Positions 1 to 12,122 of a stretch of 64,000 bases of DNA are shown here, piece after piece. Made by a program: the position numbers and the translations under genes. The number at the start of each line of letters is the position of its first letter. Within the stretch, counting starts at the first letter, position 1. The notes under the pieces were generated by a model, which saw only the letters and a list, made by a program, of their open reading frames with translations, made no database searches and had not been told where the DNA came from. Source of the stretch: Octopus sinensis (taxonomy: Eukaryota); assembly GCF_006345805.1 (NCBI RefSeq), contig NC_043004.1, positions 6,696,001-6,760,000 of the forward strand, in the 5' to 3' direction.

Positions 1-1436
1 GCAGACACTTGGTACATTTTCACTAAAAAAAAATCAGGAAATTCTAAAAAACCTACACACACACCCACACACATGCACACACATGTGCACACACACACAC
101 ACACAAACACACACACTATAATTATTAGTAGAACAAAGGGATTGAGCAAAGTGAATATTTTATCATTTTTCCTTTGCTTGTTTCAATCATTGGACTGAGG
201 CTATGCAAGTGCATCACCTTGAGGGATTTAGTCAAACAAATCACCCCCAGGACTTATTTATTAAACCCGCAACTTTTTATACTGGCCTCCTGTTGCCAAA
301 TCACTAAGTTACAGGGACTGAAACAAACCAACACCAGTTGTCAAGTATTTTATGCATGGGGGATGGGAAACAAACACAAATACACACATATAGGTTTCCA
401 TACATTTTCTGTCTTTCAGACCCAGTCACATAAGATTGGTCAGTCCGACTATAGTAGAAGACACGAGCTCAAGGTGCTGCGTAGTGTCACTGAACCCAAA
501 AGTATGCAGTTGTAAAGTGAGCTTCTTAAGCACATAACCCGATATATTTGAAGGTAAACTATTTTCCAGTTTTTGCATTGAGTTTTTTTTGTATTCTGGA
601 AACAAGATATTCAAAGTATCTGCTATTACAGAATTGAAGCAATCTTTCAATCAGCTATTAAGCATTTGTGGGTGGCATGTTATCCATATGGTGGGAATGT
701 ATTTTTTTCTCACACCAGTCCTAATCAGTTTCCAATAAACATAACTCCACAATTTATATTGATTATCTTTCCTCCTCCTTTTTAACACAAGCTTTTTGAT
801 GAAGCATGCAAATATACATACATACATACATATGTTCACATATACACACACATACATTTTTACATATTCCTGGAACTTAATTGTGTGTGTACATATGAGA
901 GAGAGTCACCTGAGAATATAGAGATATATTCCATAATTAAAACTTTATCATACTTTATCTTTTTCTTCTCTTCTGTTGCAGTTTTAAACATTGTCATTTA
1001 GTACATACAGAAACATATACCTATATACAACTAACATATGTATAAAAAAATTTATATTTGTATGTCATAGTAACCAGTAGTTTCAGTTGGGGCTGGGAAT
1101 ATTCAGATAATACATATACATATACATGTACAACAGCTTGATTTGGCTCCACACAACTTAAAGGTTCCTATCTCGTTAAGGTTTCTACATGCCTGACAAG
1201 ATAGGTTCATTTGATGAGCCCGTCAAAGTTGCATGGAGCCAAGTCAAATTGTTATTAAATAATATATGTAATTTCAATGAAATGTGTTGGGTGCCACTTT
1301 TTTTTCATTTGTCCATTCACTCACCCATCATCATCATTTAACATTCATCTTCCATGCTGGCATGGGTTGGAAGGTCTGATAGAAGCAGGCAAGTTAGAGG
1401 ACTGCACCAAAGATCCATACTAGAACATATTGTTAA

Positions 1437-1608
1437 CCCTTTTGCATTCAAACTGGCCAGATGCAATCTCTCACACCAACCCTACAATGTCATTCTGAAA
1501 CTAAATCATCTCCTTAATGAAATCTCTAAACTACAACTTAAAGTATGATTAATTTAAAACAATGAAAATAAGTACTACATTTGACAGAGTAATTTGAATA
1601 CTAAAGGG
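1437..1608. mobile_element. piggyBac-like MITE family 2, internally deleted
   Basis: TTAA|CCCTTTTGCATT...TACTAAAGGG|TTAA. Confidence 0.75.
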
Positions 1609-1614
1609 TTAAGA

Positions 1615-1900
1615 GAGCGCATTCAAAATGAGATAATTTGAGAACAGAGTGGAGTGAACAATGTGACTGCAGAATACCAAAAGCACAAGTTCTGGTGGGC
1701 TGGACATGTTGCAAGGTTCACAGAAAACAGGTGACTTGTGCAGTAGCTGAGTGGTATCCAAGAGATGGGAAAAGGCCACTCAGAAGGCATCCATGACAAT
1801 GAGGAGATGATTTAGTCAAGCAAACTGTGTCAAGATGGAAAAGAATGCACAGTCAAGACAAAATTGAAAGTGTATTGTGACCAGCAGTGTATAAAACCAT
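1615..1900 (+). mobile_element. Degenerate 3' end of an RTE-type LINE
   Basis: Decayed translation with WWAGHVARF and EWYPRDGKRPLRR, typical of the RTE ORF C-terminus. Confidence 0.65.
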
Positions 1901-1920
1901 CTGGTATGGTTGATACTGTG

Positions 1921-1959
<39 letters not shown>

Positions 1960-1970
<11 letters not shown>

Positions 1971-2222
1971 CCCCCTGAGTGGCAGGTAAAATGCACCATC
2001 TGAATGTGGTCGATGCCAGTGCCCCCTGACTGGCTCCCATGCTGGTGGCATGTAAAAAGCACCCGCTACACTCTCGGAGTGGTTGGTGCTAGGAAGGGCA
2101 TCCAGCTGCAGAAACATTGCCAGATCAGATTGGAGCCTGGTGCAGTCTGCTGGCTTGCCAGACCTCAGTCAAACCGTCCTACCCATGCCAGCATGGAAAG
2201 CAGATGTTAAACCATGATGATG
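1960..2222 (+). mobile_element. Short element sharing the RTE 3' end (family B); related copies near 14600, 23340, 26810, 29945, 32230, 35150, 39490, 42820, 59235
   Basis: GGAAGGGCATCCAGCTG...CCCATGCCAGCATGGAAAG...(GAT)n matches the LINE 3' UTR at 20980-21163. Confidence 0.8.
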
Positions 2223-2719
2223 ATATATATGAATTATGCTATGGAAACAGCTCTATAGCAAAAGAACTATCAATATAACAGTTAATATATATGTCTGTGG
2301 TTGAAATGTCAAAAACTATGATTTTTGTCTGGGAAAAATCCCTTTATAGATATATTGCGCTAAAAAAACCCACTATATTTCAAAACTGCAGCTTCTGGTG
2401 TTTCAACTACAGACATGCATTAAGTATGTTATAGTTTATATATCTCTTTTTTATCTCACTTTTACTCGTTTCAGTCATTTGACTGTGGCCATACTGGAGC
2501 ACTGCCTTTAGTCAAGCAAACTGACCCCGGGACTTATTCTTTGTAAGCCTAGTACTTATTCTATCGGTCTCTTTTGCCAAACTGCTAAGTTACGGGGACA
2601 TAAACACACCACCATTGGTTGTCAAGCGATGTTGGGGGAACAAACACAGACACACAAACATATACGCACACATACATACATTATATATATATATATATAT
2701 ATATAAACATACATATATA

Positions 2720-3750
2720 CAGTGGCGGCCAAAATGTTCAGAACGGCATTATTTTCATCAGAAAAGTAAGTATAAGTTTTTATTAAAGTAGTTTTATATT
2801 CTATAATTTTCACAGACAATAAATACAATATTAATTGTTATTGTCTGAGATTTTGGTGTAATTTGAGAGGATAATACAAAAGTTATGGATGATTTAGTGA
2901 TTTACTGCAAAACCCATGGTGGCCAAAATGATCAGAATGGTTGAAAAAATAACAAAATAATCAAAAATGACAGAGAATACTGGAATTATTTAATATTCAG
3001 TGTGAAGCCCTTTAGCTTCAATCACACTCTGACATCTTTGACTGCATGAGGAAATTAAATTTTCAATTTCTTGCTGGGTGATCTTATTCTATTCTTCCTG
3101 AAGGGCATTCCATAATTGCTCAGTTGTTTTAGGATTTCTGGCTTTCGAACGTTCTCCTAGAATATTCCATACATTTTCAATAGGATTGAGATCTGGGCTT
3201 TGAGCAGGCCAACCCATAACAATAACTTTTTCAGCCTTAAGGAAGTTCATAACCACCTTAGCCTTGTGACATAGGGCATTGTCCTGCATGAATATGGGTG
3301 GTCACTTAGTTGAATTTCTCAGCACAGGCAAGACATGATCTTTTACAAGTTGTTTATAAACTCCTGCATTTACCTTTCCATGTAATCGCACCAAGGAGCC
3401 CACACCATCTCCAGATATCATCCCCCAAACCATGACACTTCCTCCACCGAATTTAACACTAGTCTTAAGGCATTTAGGCGACAATTTTTCACCTACTTTT
3501 CTACGAACGTACCTTTTCCCATCTGAGCCAAATAACATAAACTTAGATTCATCACTGAAATGCACCGTTTGCCATTTTTCTTGAGACCACAACACATGTT
3601 TAGTTGCAAAGGTAAGACGACACTTTTTATTCTTGGAGCTGATCAGTGGCTTCACTGCAGGTGCTCTTGCTTGTAGGTCATGTTCAACTAAATGACGAGG
3701 CACAGTTTTTCGAGATAAAGTTTTCTTCAATACAATACTCATTTTTTTTA
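2720..3750 (-). mobile_element. Tc1/mariner transposon, truncated on the transposase N-terminal side, IR/DR-type terminus
   Basis: TA|CAGTGGCGGCCAAAATGTTCAGAACGG terminus at 2720, inner direct repeat at 2917-2940, transposase remnant inside. Confidence 0.9.
2990..3745 (-). pseudogene. Tc1-family DD34E transposase remnant
   Basis: Motifs FSDESKF, VKFGGGSVMVWG, QDNA, WPAQSPDLNPIENVW, with 34 residues between D2 and E. Two in-frame stops (near 3302 and 3089) break one frame that ends ...AKGLHTEY* at 2990. The N-terminal HTH is missing. Confidence 0.92.
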
Positions 3751-3754
3751 GGGG

Positions 3755-4350
3755 CAGGTGGTTAGTCAATTAGATCGACCCCAGTGTACAACTGGTACTT
3801 ATTTCAACCCCCAAAAAGATGAAAAGAAAAGTTGACCTTAGTGGAATCTGAACTTTAAACATTCTATGTTCAGAGTTCAGATTCCACTAAGGATGAAATG
3901 CCACCCTAGCTTGAAATCTTGGTGGATAGGACTAGTTGATTACATCGACCCCAGTGTTTTACTGGTACTTAAATTATCAACCACGAAAGGATGAAAGGCA
4001 ATGTCGACCTTGAGGGAACTTGAACTCAGAATGTAAAGATGGACCAAATGCCACTAAGCCTGGTGTGCTAATGATTCTGCCAACTCACAGCCTTGCTACA
4101 AATAATAATGATGATGATGATGATAATAATAATAAGATTATTTTCTACTACAAGCACAAGGGATTTTGAGGGAGGAGGTTAGTCAATTACATGAACCCTG
4201 TAAGAATGGAAGGCAAAGTTGACCTCAGTGGAATTTGAACTCAAAATGTAAAGAGCCAGAAGAAATGATGTTAGGCATTTTGTCCAATTTGTTAACGATT
4301 CTGCCAGCTTGCTGCCTAAATAATTATAACAATAATAAGGCACAAATCCT
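3755..4350 (-). mobile_element. Cluster of SINE family D copies; others near 12325, 28065, 28665, 30730, 43745, 51180
   Basis: Minus-strand GAGTTCAAATTCC B box followed by a CTTTGCCTTTCATCC...GATAA...GTACCAG-type conserved central domain. Confidence 0.65.
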
Positions 4351-4646
4351 GAAATCTTCATACTGATCCAAGAAGGAAAGTTGTTTCATCTTGTGTTGTT
4401 GTTTGAATGAATAAGCAATGTTTTGTGCAAGCATGAACAGCCTCGGAAATAAGGTAGCCCACCCTGTTCCCTATCCCGACACAAAAAAAAAAAAAGGAGG
4501 GTGGAATAGGAAATCCAGTCACAACTGCCATCTCCAGCAAGAGTGAAAAGCAAGCTACCAGCAGTTAGCTTCCTCTACAACAACAACAACAACAAGCCAA
4601 AGCACATTACTGCCCTTAAGTTGCCCTAAACAGGGGTAAGATTTAC

Positions 4647-4813
4647 AGGGGGTGTGGGAAAAATGGAGGTGAGATGGCGGCGGCGGTGGTGGTGCCGGTT
4701 GTTGAGTTGAAGTTAATGTTGTGTTTGGCTGAGATTTGCTGTGCTGAATATCCACATCTCTCTTACTTTTCCAATGCTTCTGAAGAATTTCACAGATGAG
4801 AAGTAGTAGACTC
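4647..4813 (-). CDS. Candidate downstream exon of the RNF38-like gene (RSLLLLICEILQKHWKSKRDVDIQHSKSQPNTTLTSTQQPAPPPPPPSHLHFSHTP); without splicing the frame runs to a stop at 4555
   Basis: Acceptor tatatgttAG|G at 4815-4814 fits the phase-2 end of the 31245 exon and keeps the frame open. The segment is GC-rich and encodes poly-Pro. The donor (GTAAAT at 4646) is weak and similarity to RNF38 is marginal. Confidence 0.3.
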
Positions 4814-5694
4814 CTAACATATACATTTAATAGAGCAGCCTTACTATGGTTAACACACTCACATAGATAAAGAAAGAACTAGCATGGGTGCACACGTGTA
4901 CTCTGGTATATTATAGAGATAAGCAGGACTTAAAGAAAGCAAAATATTCATCCTGTATAGAGACATACGTGGTAGGATAGCAAGGTGGTGGTAGAATAAC
5001 GGCTGTACAAATATTTTCTTTTACTTGCGTTGGTCATTGGACTGTGGCCATGCTGTGGCACTATCTTAAAGGGCTTAGTCAAACAAATCAATCCCAATAC
5101 TTAGATTCATTTTTATTGTTATTATTTTTTAAAAATTTCAGTCTGGTACTTATTCTATTGGCCTCTTTGGCCAAGTCGCTACACTAAGGGGACATAAACC
5201 AACCAACACTAGTTGTAGAGTATTAATTAGGTGGGTGAAGTGGGAGGGACACAGATGCAAATATACATACATTCATATATATAAAATCAGAACACAAAGT
5301 AACGTACAGTGCTCCAGTATGGCCTTTGCCATGGCGGCTACAATGTATTACGTAGTATAGACAAAATACGAACCTTAAACATACTGACATTCAATTCAAA
5401 CAGTGCATGCAAGGGTGCATGTATGTGCAAGCGGGAGGGTACTGTACACATTTTACAGTTTATTAAATATAGATGGATGTATTTTTATTTTCTTTATTTA
5501 TAAAAATGAAGTATCAATTTTATACCGTCTGGTTTAGAAATGGTTACGTACTGGAAATAAAGATTAACAATTACTTTTGCTTTTTTAATCAAAGATATTG
5601 GATATTTACATAATCATTAGGGCTGGAAGGAAATAGATTTAGAAAGTAGACTTGCAGAAATTAAAACACTTGTGTGAATGTGTGTGTGTATGTA

Positions 5695-5729
<35 letters not shown>

Positions 5730-5781
5730 CTTTATACAAGCACTCTAATACACACATAAATATACACATGCACACACAAAC

Positions 5782-5834
<53 letters not shown>

Positions 5835-7090
5835 TATATACACATATGCGTACACACACACTCTCTCACATATATGTGTGTGTGTACAGGAATATAAGCT
5901 AACTCGTTGAATAACCAATGCTATCGTTACTTAAACAGCAGGCAGGCTTTTAGTAAACCTCTCCACAACCAGCATATGAAATACAGCTGCAGGTCTGTTA
6001 CTAACGAATTAGGCCAGTGGCATTCAGCTACAAACCATTATTGACATAGCTAAACATTCAACTTATCTCCAAAGCCAAATATCTTTTAGACTTTAAAAAC
6101 TCCGAAATATTTTTTCTCTGCCATTTAGTATTATTTTTTTATTTTTAAGTTTTAAATAATCTGTTATATAGAAGAATATTTGTATTTTATTTTTCATAAC
6201 TAATATTCATACAGCTAAATGTATGTTCCTGTCCCTAAAGCAGTTTTATATCACTCATCAATGCTGTGTTTTTTTTTTGTCTTTTCTTTTGTTTTGTTTT
6301 TTTTTTTCTATGCTGGCAGAATGGCAGAAATCTGATGATTCAAGTCTAATAGCTCTCTCTATTCCATTAAGATTAAAAAAATAATAATAATAAATTAATG
6401 AAACAAATATTATCTGCTGCAAGCTTCTTAGGCAAGCCACTAAGCCTGTATCGACTACTTAAACTGATATCTTCTTTGGTCTGACTCCATGTGGTAACTC
6501 TTACTCAATCGAATGCTATATAGTTACCATTAAATTCAAGTCGACAATATTCTTCAAATTTTTCCTATATAATTATATTATTGCTACTCTGTGCATAGCC
6601 AAGACTGAATGCAATATGTAGGTCTCCTCTGCAGAGCTACAGGATATGTCAGCTTTACAAAAGCTTAATGTTTTAGCCTTCAACAGCTGCTAAAACTTTT
6701 ACAAAGCATGAGTAAGTTATATAGTAATTAAGTATATGGCTTTTTGATGTACACCTATTACACACATACACTCTCTTCATAAACATTTAAGCAGTGTATG
6801 AGCCCTGTGAAATGGCCAGTGTATCGTTTTGAAATAAATATTATAAGCACAGGTGAGGCTGTATGATTGAGAAGCTTGCTTCACAATGGTTTATCAGGTT
6901 TTGGATCTTGGACATGTATCTTCTGCTATAGCCATTGGCAATAGCAGCATGGGCAGTTTATACATATTTATATATATATATATATATTTATAAATAAGGA
7001 TAATATCGATATTTAAATATCGATATTATCAAGTGACCGGCATGGGAATAAATACCATACAAAGGTAATAATTTTTTACAACTATAAATA

Positions 7091-7227
7091 AGGGTATCTG
7101 AGAGACACCACCATGCCGAATTTTGTCTCTCTGTCTTATCTCATGGTGCGATATGAACATTTAAGATGGTTTTTAGAGTCAGGGATTTGACTGCTATTTC
7201 GGCATGGTGGTGTCTCTCAGATACCCT
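7091..7227. mobile_element. 137-bp MITE-like element with perfect 30-bp TIRs
   Basis: AGGGTATCTGAGAGACACCACCATGCCGAA (7091-7120) and its reverse complement (7198-7227), with TA on both sides. Confidence 0.7.
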
Positions 7228-7349
7228 TACTTATAGTTATATATATATATAAATAAATATATATATATATAAATAAATATATATATATATATATATATAC
7301 ATATAAATATATATATATACATATAAATATATATATATATATATATGTA

Positions 7350-7725
7350 TAGGTGCAGGAGTGGCTGTGTGGTAAGAAAACCATATGGTTCCAGGTTCAG
7401 TCCCATTGCGTGGCACCTTCGGCAAGTGTCTTCTACTAAAGCCTCAGGCCAACCAAAGCCTTTGTGAGTGGATTTGGTAGGCAGAAACTGAAAGCAGCTC
7501 GTCGTGTGTGTGTGTGTGTGTGTATTCGTGTCTGTAATTGTCCTCCCATCATCACTTGACAACCGATGTTGGTGTGTTTACATCCCCGCAATTTAGCGGT
7601 TCAGCAAAAGAGGTCGACGAAATAAGTACTAGACTTACAAAAAGTAGTCCCGAGGGTCTATTTGTTCGACTAAAGGCAGTGCTCCAGCATGGCAACAGTC
7701 AAATGACTGAAACGAGTAGAAGAAT
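7350..7725 (+). mobile_element. tRNA-derived SINE family A (internal microsatellite)
   Basis: Head GGTGCAGGAGTGGCTGTGTGG with A box and B box GGTTCAGTCCC; tail CAGTCAAATGACTGAAAC. Confidence 0.85.
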
Positions 7726-8953
7726 ATACATATATATATATATATATATCTTTTATTGATTATCTTTTATCTGTTTCAAACTGTGGCCATGCTGGGGCAC
7801 TGCCTTGATGAACTTTTAGTCAAATGAACTGACCCTACTGCTTATTTTTTTTTTAAAGCCTCGTACTTATTCTATTGGTCATTTTTGCTAAACTGCTAAG
7901 TTACAGGGACATGAAAAAACACAACACTGGTTTTCAAGTGGTAGATGAGGGCACAAACACAGACACACACACACAGTATTCTATTAAAACTGAAACTGTG
8001 AGTTTGTCACAGAATTCAAGTTTTCATACCACTGCGATTGCCTGATGAACAGAGTGGGATGAAACCCAAGTCACAAGACAAACCCTCAGTTTCAGTTTTA
8101 ATAAAATGTACAACATGTATTGGACACTCCTTTCTCATCTGTTCAACATTAACCAACATATGTGTGTGTGTGTGTATGTGCGCGCATGCAAGAGAGAGTT
8201 TCTGTGAGTCCTTGTTTAGACATCCCATGATGGTTGTAAATGAGTACCACTGTCATACAAGCAGTGTAGTTCATATCCAGTCTTCCATGAAAAAACATGT
8301 CTGGCCATTGGAAAACATTACTTTATTTGGAAATACATAAGGGTTGGTGAAAGGATGAAGGACATCCAGCCATAGAAAATCTGCCTTAATAAATTCTGTT
8401 TGACCCATGCAAGCATGGAAGAGCAGACATCAAATGATGATGATGATGATGATGATGAAAGCAACAGATATTCAATTGAAAACAGGCGCTCATATGCCCA
8501 AGTATGAGACAACTTTCTATAGTCAATATATAGTGAGGGCTTATAATTTTATTTACAGAATTTCTATTGTCACCATTTTGTAATTTATGCAGAATTCACA
8601 CATATACATATTTGTCGCTATGAAATCATAGTTCCTAGATTTAATGGAGAAAAGAGAGGTGGGTAAGTTGGAGTAATCAGTCAGTACACTTATAAAAATA
8701 AAAGGTCTGGGTTCAATTCCCATGCAAACTAATGCCTATTTCTTTTTTGTCGAGGGGGTGATTATTTAGACATCAGCTTTTTATTGTTTGTTTTAGTCAA
8801 TGGATTATGGCCACGCTAGGGTACCACCTGGAAAGGTTTTAGTCAAACAAATCAACCCCAGTACTTATGTTTATAGTGTTTTTTTATTTTAAGTCTGACA
8901 CTTATTCTCTTGATCACTTTTGATGAACTCGTAAATTAAAAGAACATAAACAA

Positions 8954-9109
8954 GTGGCTGTGTGGTAAGTAGCTTGCTAACCAACTACATGGTTCCAGGT
9001 TCAATCCCATTGCGTGGCATCTTGGGCAAGTGTCTTCTGCTATAACCCCGGGCCGACCAATGCCTTGTGAGTGGATTTGGTAGACGGAAACTGAAAGAAG
9101 CCTGTCGTA

Positions 9110-9177
<68 letters not shown>

Positions 9178-9302
9178 TGTGTGTGTATATGTTTGTGTGT
9201 CTGTGTTTGTCCCCCTAGCATTGCTTGACAACCGATGCTGGTGTGTTTACGTCCCCGTCACTTAGTGGTTCGGCAAAAGAGACTGAAACAAGTAAAAGAG
9301 TA
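8954..9302 (+). mobile_element. SINE family A with a 3' internal deletion
   Basis: Same head and body; joins GAGAC to TGAAACAAG, apparently through GAC microhomology. Confidence 0.85.
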
Positions 9303-9827
9303 AACCAACACCAGTTCTCAAGCAGGAGGTGGCGAGGTGAGAAACACAGACATAAAGAAAAACAAACATATATACACACAGTTTCTGCCCACCAAATCCA
9401 CTCACATTCTGGGGTTATAGTAGAAGACCCTTGCATAAGTTGTTGCACTATAGGACTGAGCCTGAATACTTCACAGTGGGACTGAACCCGAAACCAAGTG
9501 GTAACAAAGTGAGTTTCATAGCCACACATCTATGCCTGTGCACACTAATTTTTATAAAGACTGCAAATCAATTTAAATGGGTCAAAGTTATTATCAAACA
9601 CTAATTTTTTTGGTATAGATTAATTCATAATCCAACAATAAGTTCTAAATATACATACACATCATCATTCATTTCAACTTCACTAATCTGATTCTGTACT
9701 GAAAGAAAGAAAACCGCTGTATAGTTGCTCAATTTGCTAGAAATAGCAATCAACTCATCATCATACATATCATTCCATCTTAAAATGGGACACATTAGAT
9801 AGTGTTGCTCGAGGGAAGATATCTCTT

Positions 9828-10212
9828 TTACTTGTTTACTTGATTCAGTCATTTGGCTGTGGCCATGCCGGAGCACCGCCTTTAGTCGAGCAAATCGACC
9901 CCAGGACTTATTCTTTGTAAGCCTAGTACTTATTCTATCAGTCTCTTTTGCTGAACCGCTAAGTTACGGGGACGTAAACATACCAGCATTGGTTGTCAAG
10001 CGATGTTGGGGGGGACAAACACAGACACACAAACATATACACACACACATGACGGGGTTCTTTCAGTTTCCGTCTACCAAATCCAGTCACAAGGCTTTGG
10101 TCGGCCCGAGGCTATAGTAGAAGACACTTGGCAAGGTGCCACGCAGTGTGACTGAACCCAGAATCATGTGGTTAGTAAGCAAGCTACTTACCACACAGAC
10201 ACTCCTATGCCT
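9828..10212 (-). mobile_element. SINE family A, full length
   Basis: Reverse-complement match to the family. Confidence 0.88.
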
Positions 10213-11590
10213 ATGCTAGAAAAAAAGACAGGGTGGTCCCAACTGACATACATTTTATTGTATGTATACCCAATCAAGGCAGAATTAGGGTAAAACAACA
10301 AGATTTAGAAATAAAAACAGCCATGACAACAGTATAATTCATACAAGCCCAATCTTGCATGTATACACAATCCCAGTATGACAAACTATATACACTCACA
10401 ACTGGCACGCTGTTGGTTAAGATGACAAGGGTTCTAGTTACTCCACTCACTGGAACATCCTGTTTGTGAAATTAATGCGCAAGTAGCTGAGCACCCCACA
10501 AACACATGTACCCTTAACGTAGTTCTCAGAGAAATTAAGTTTGACACAGAATGTGACAAGGCTAACTCTAACTCGTTTTTACCAGCTGAGTGGATAAGAG
10601 TAATGTGAAATAAAGTGTCTTGCTCAAGAGAGACAATGCACTGTCAGGTATTGAACTCATGATCTTACAATCATGAGCCAAATAACCTAACCACTCAGCT
10701 ACGTGCCTTCACCATACACTTACAACGAAAGTGCAAGACAGAACAAATGATAGCCAACAACTGAAAGCTTGACTAGTTATTTACAAGCATCAGCTGAATA
10801 TAAACCTTATTTAAGCAATCAATAGCTAAAATCTTAGAAAGCTCCAAGTTATATTCTTCAACAATTCACTTAAATATTTACATAAGGTGGTTTCACAACA
10901 GAAGCCTGTTGGCATGGAAAGATAAATACAAAACATAATAAATACATTATTTCAAAATACACTAAATTTTAGAGGACTTGGATAGATGGATATTTTAAAC
11001 ATCAATTCTTAGTTAAGAACTTTGGAAAGGAAGTAAAAAAAAAATGTCAAAGATCTCTGGAGATTGTAATGAAGCAGTGTAAAATACAGAATTTAATGTC
11101 CTGCTTATTGATTTAACTATGCAAAACATTTTATGGCTGGAGGCAGATTTGCAATTAAGGAAATCTTCGCAATATGTCTCATGAGTTTATATACCGAAAG
11201 GAAAGCCAAGGATTAGTATTATCAAATCCATAATCGCATTATATTAGCCACGGACATTGGTTCTGTAGGCACTGACTTCCACTAGATCACCTTATAATTC
11301 TTTCATTTTCAGAGTTGCTGGCAGCATATATAATGACCATATATATAAATATTTTAACAGTAAATACTTTTGATAATGAAGTGAGAGATACAAGGTAATA
11401 ATACATAAAGACACAAGGAAGGTTGTATGGTTAAGAAACTCATTTTGCAACCATGAGGTTTGGGGTTCGGTCCCACTGAACAGCACCTTGCAAAAGTGTC
11501 TTTTACTATTGTCCTCAGTCAAGCAATGTCTTGTAATTGAATTTGGTAGATGGAAACTGAATGGAAGCCTGTCAAGTGTACATATAAGTG

Positions 11591-11632
<42 letters not shown>

Positions 11633-11902
11633 TGTCCTCTGGCACCACATGACAATCAGTGTTGGCTTGTTTACATCCCCATAACTTAGTGATTTGACAA
11701 AAGCAGCCAATCTTAAAAATATAACAAGTACTGGGGTCAATTTGTTCAACTAAACCCTTTGAGGTGGTACCCAAGCAAGGCTGCAGTCCAATGACTGAAA
11801 TAAGTAACAAAAATTTAAAATTTCAGTCCAGTTATTTTCAAACAATTTTACTGTAGAAAAAACTTTGGATGTTGCTAACTGACACAGGCTTGAAAGGTTT
11901 AA

Positions 11903-12122
11903 CCCTTTCAATACCAACCTGGCTGAAACCGCTTCTGTCTCTGTAGTACAAATGTCTTGTTTTCATAAGTTTTGAATTAAAAATCTTTCACCAAACTTTA
12001 GTCATAGTTTACGTTCCTAACACTAACTTAGTGATTAAGTTATTTTACTAAATTCTTTGTTATATTTAAATTTAACTGAAAGAAACACAGAGCATCTCAA
12101 CAGAAACATGGTAACAAAAGGG
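11903..12122. mobile_element. piggyBac-like MITE family 1 (about 220 bp)
   Basis: TTAA|CCCTTT...AAAGGG|TTAA; near-identical to 37772-37992. Confidence 0.85.

Noticed and set aside
5617-5902. YI/CV-repeat ORFs here and at many other sites
   Set aside because: Translations of (TA)n/(CA)n microsatellites and SINEs.
6330-6470. Box C/D snoRNA (CTGATGA...CTGA)
   Set aside because: Imperfect box C, long spacing, no terminal stem.
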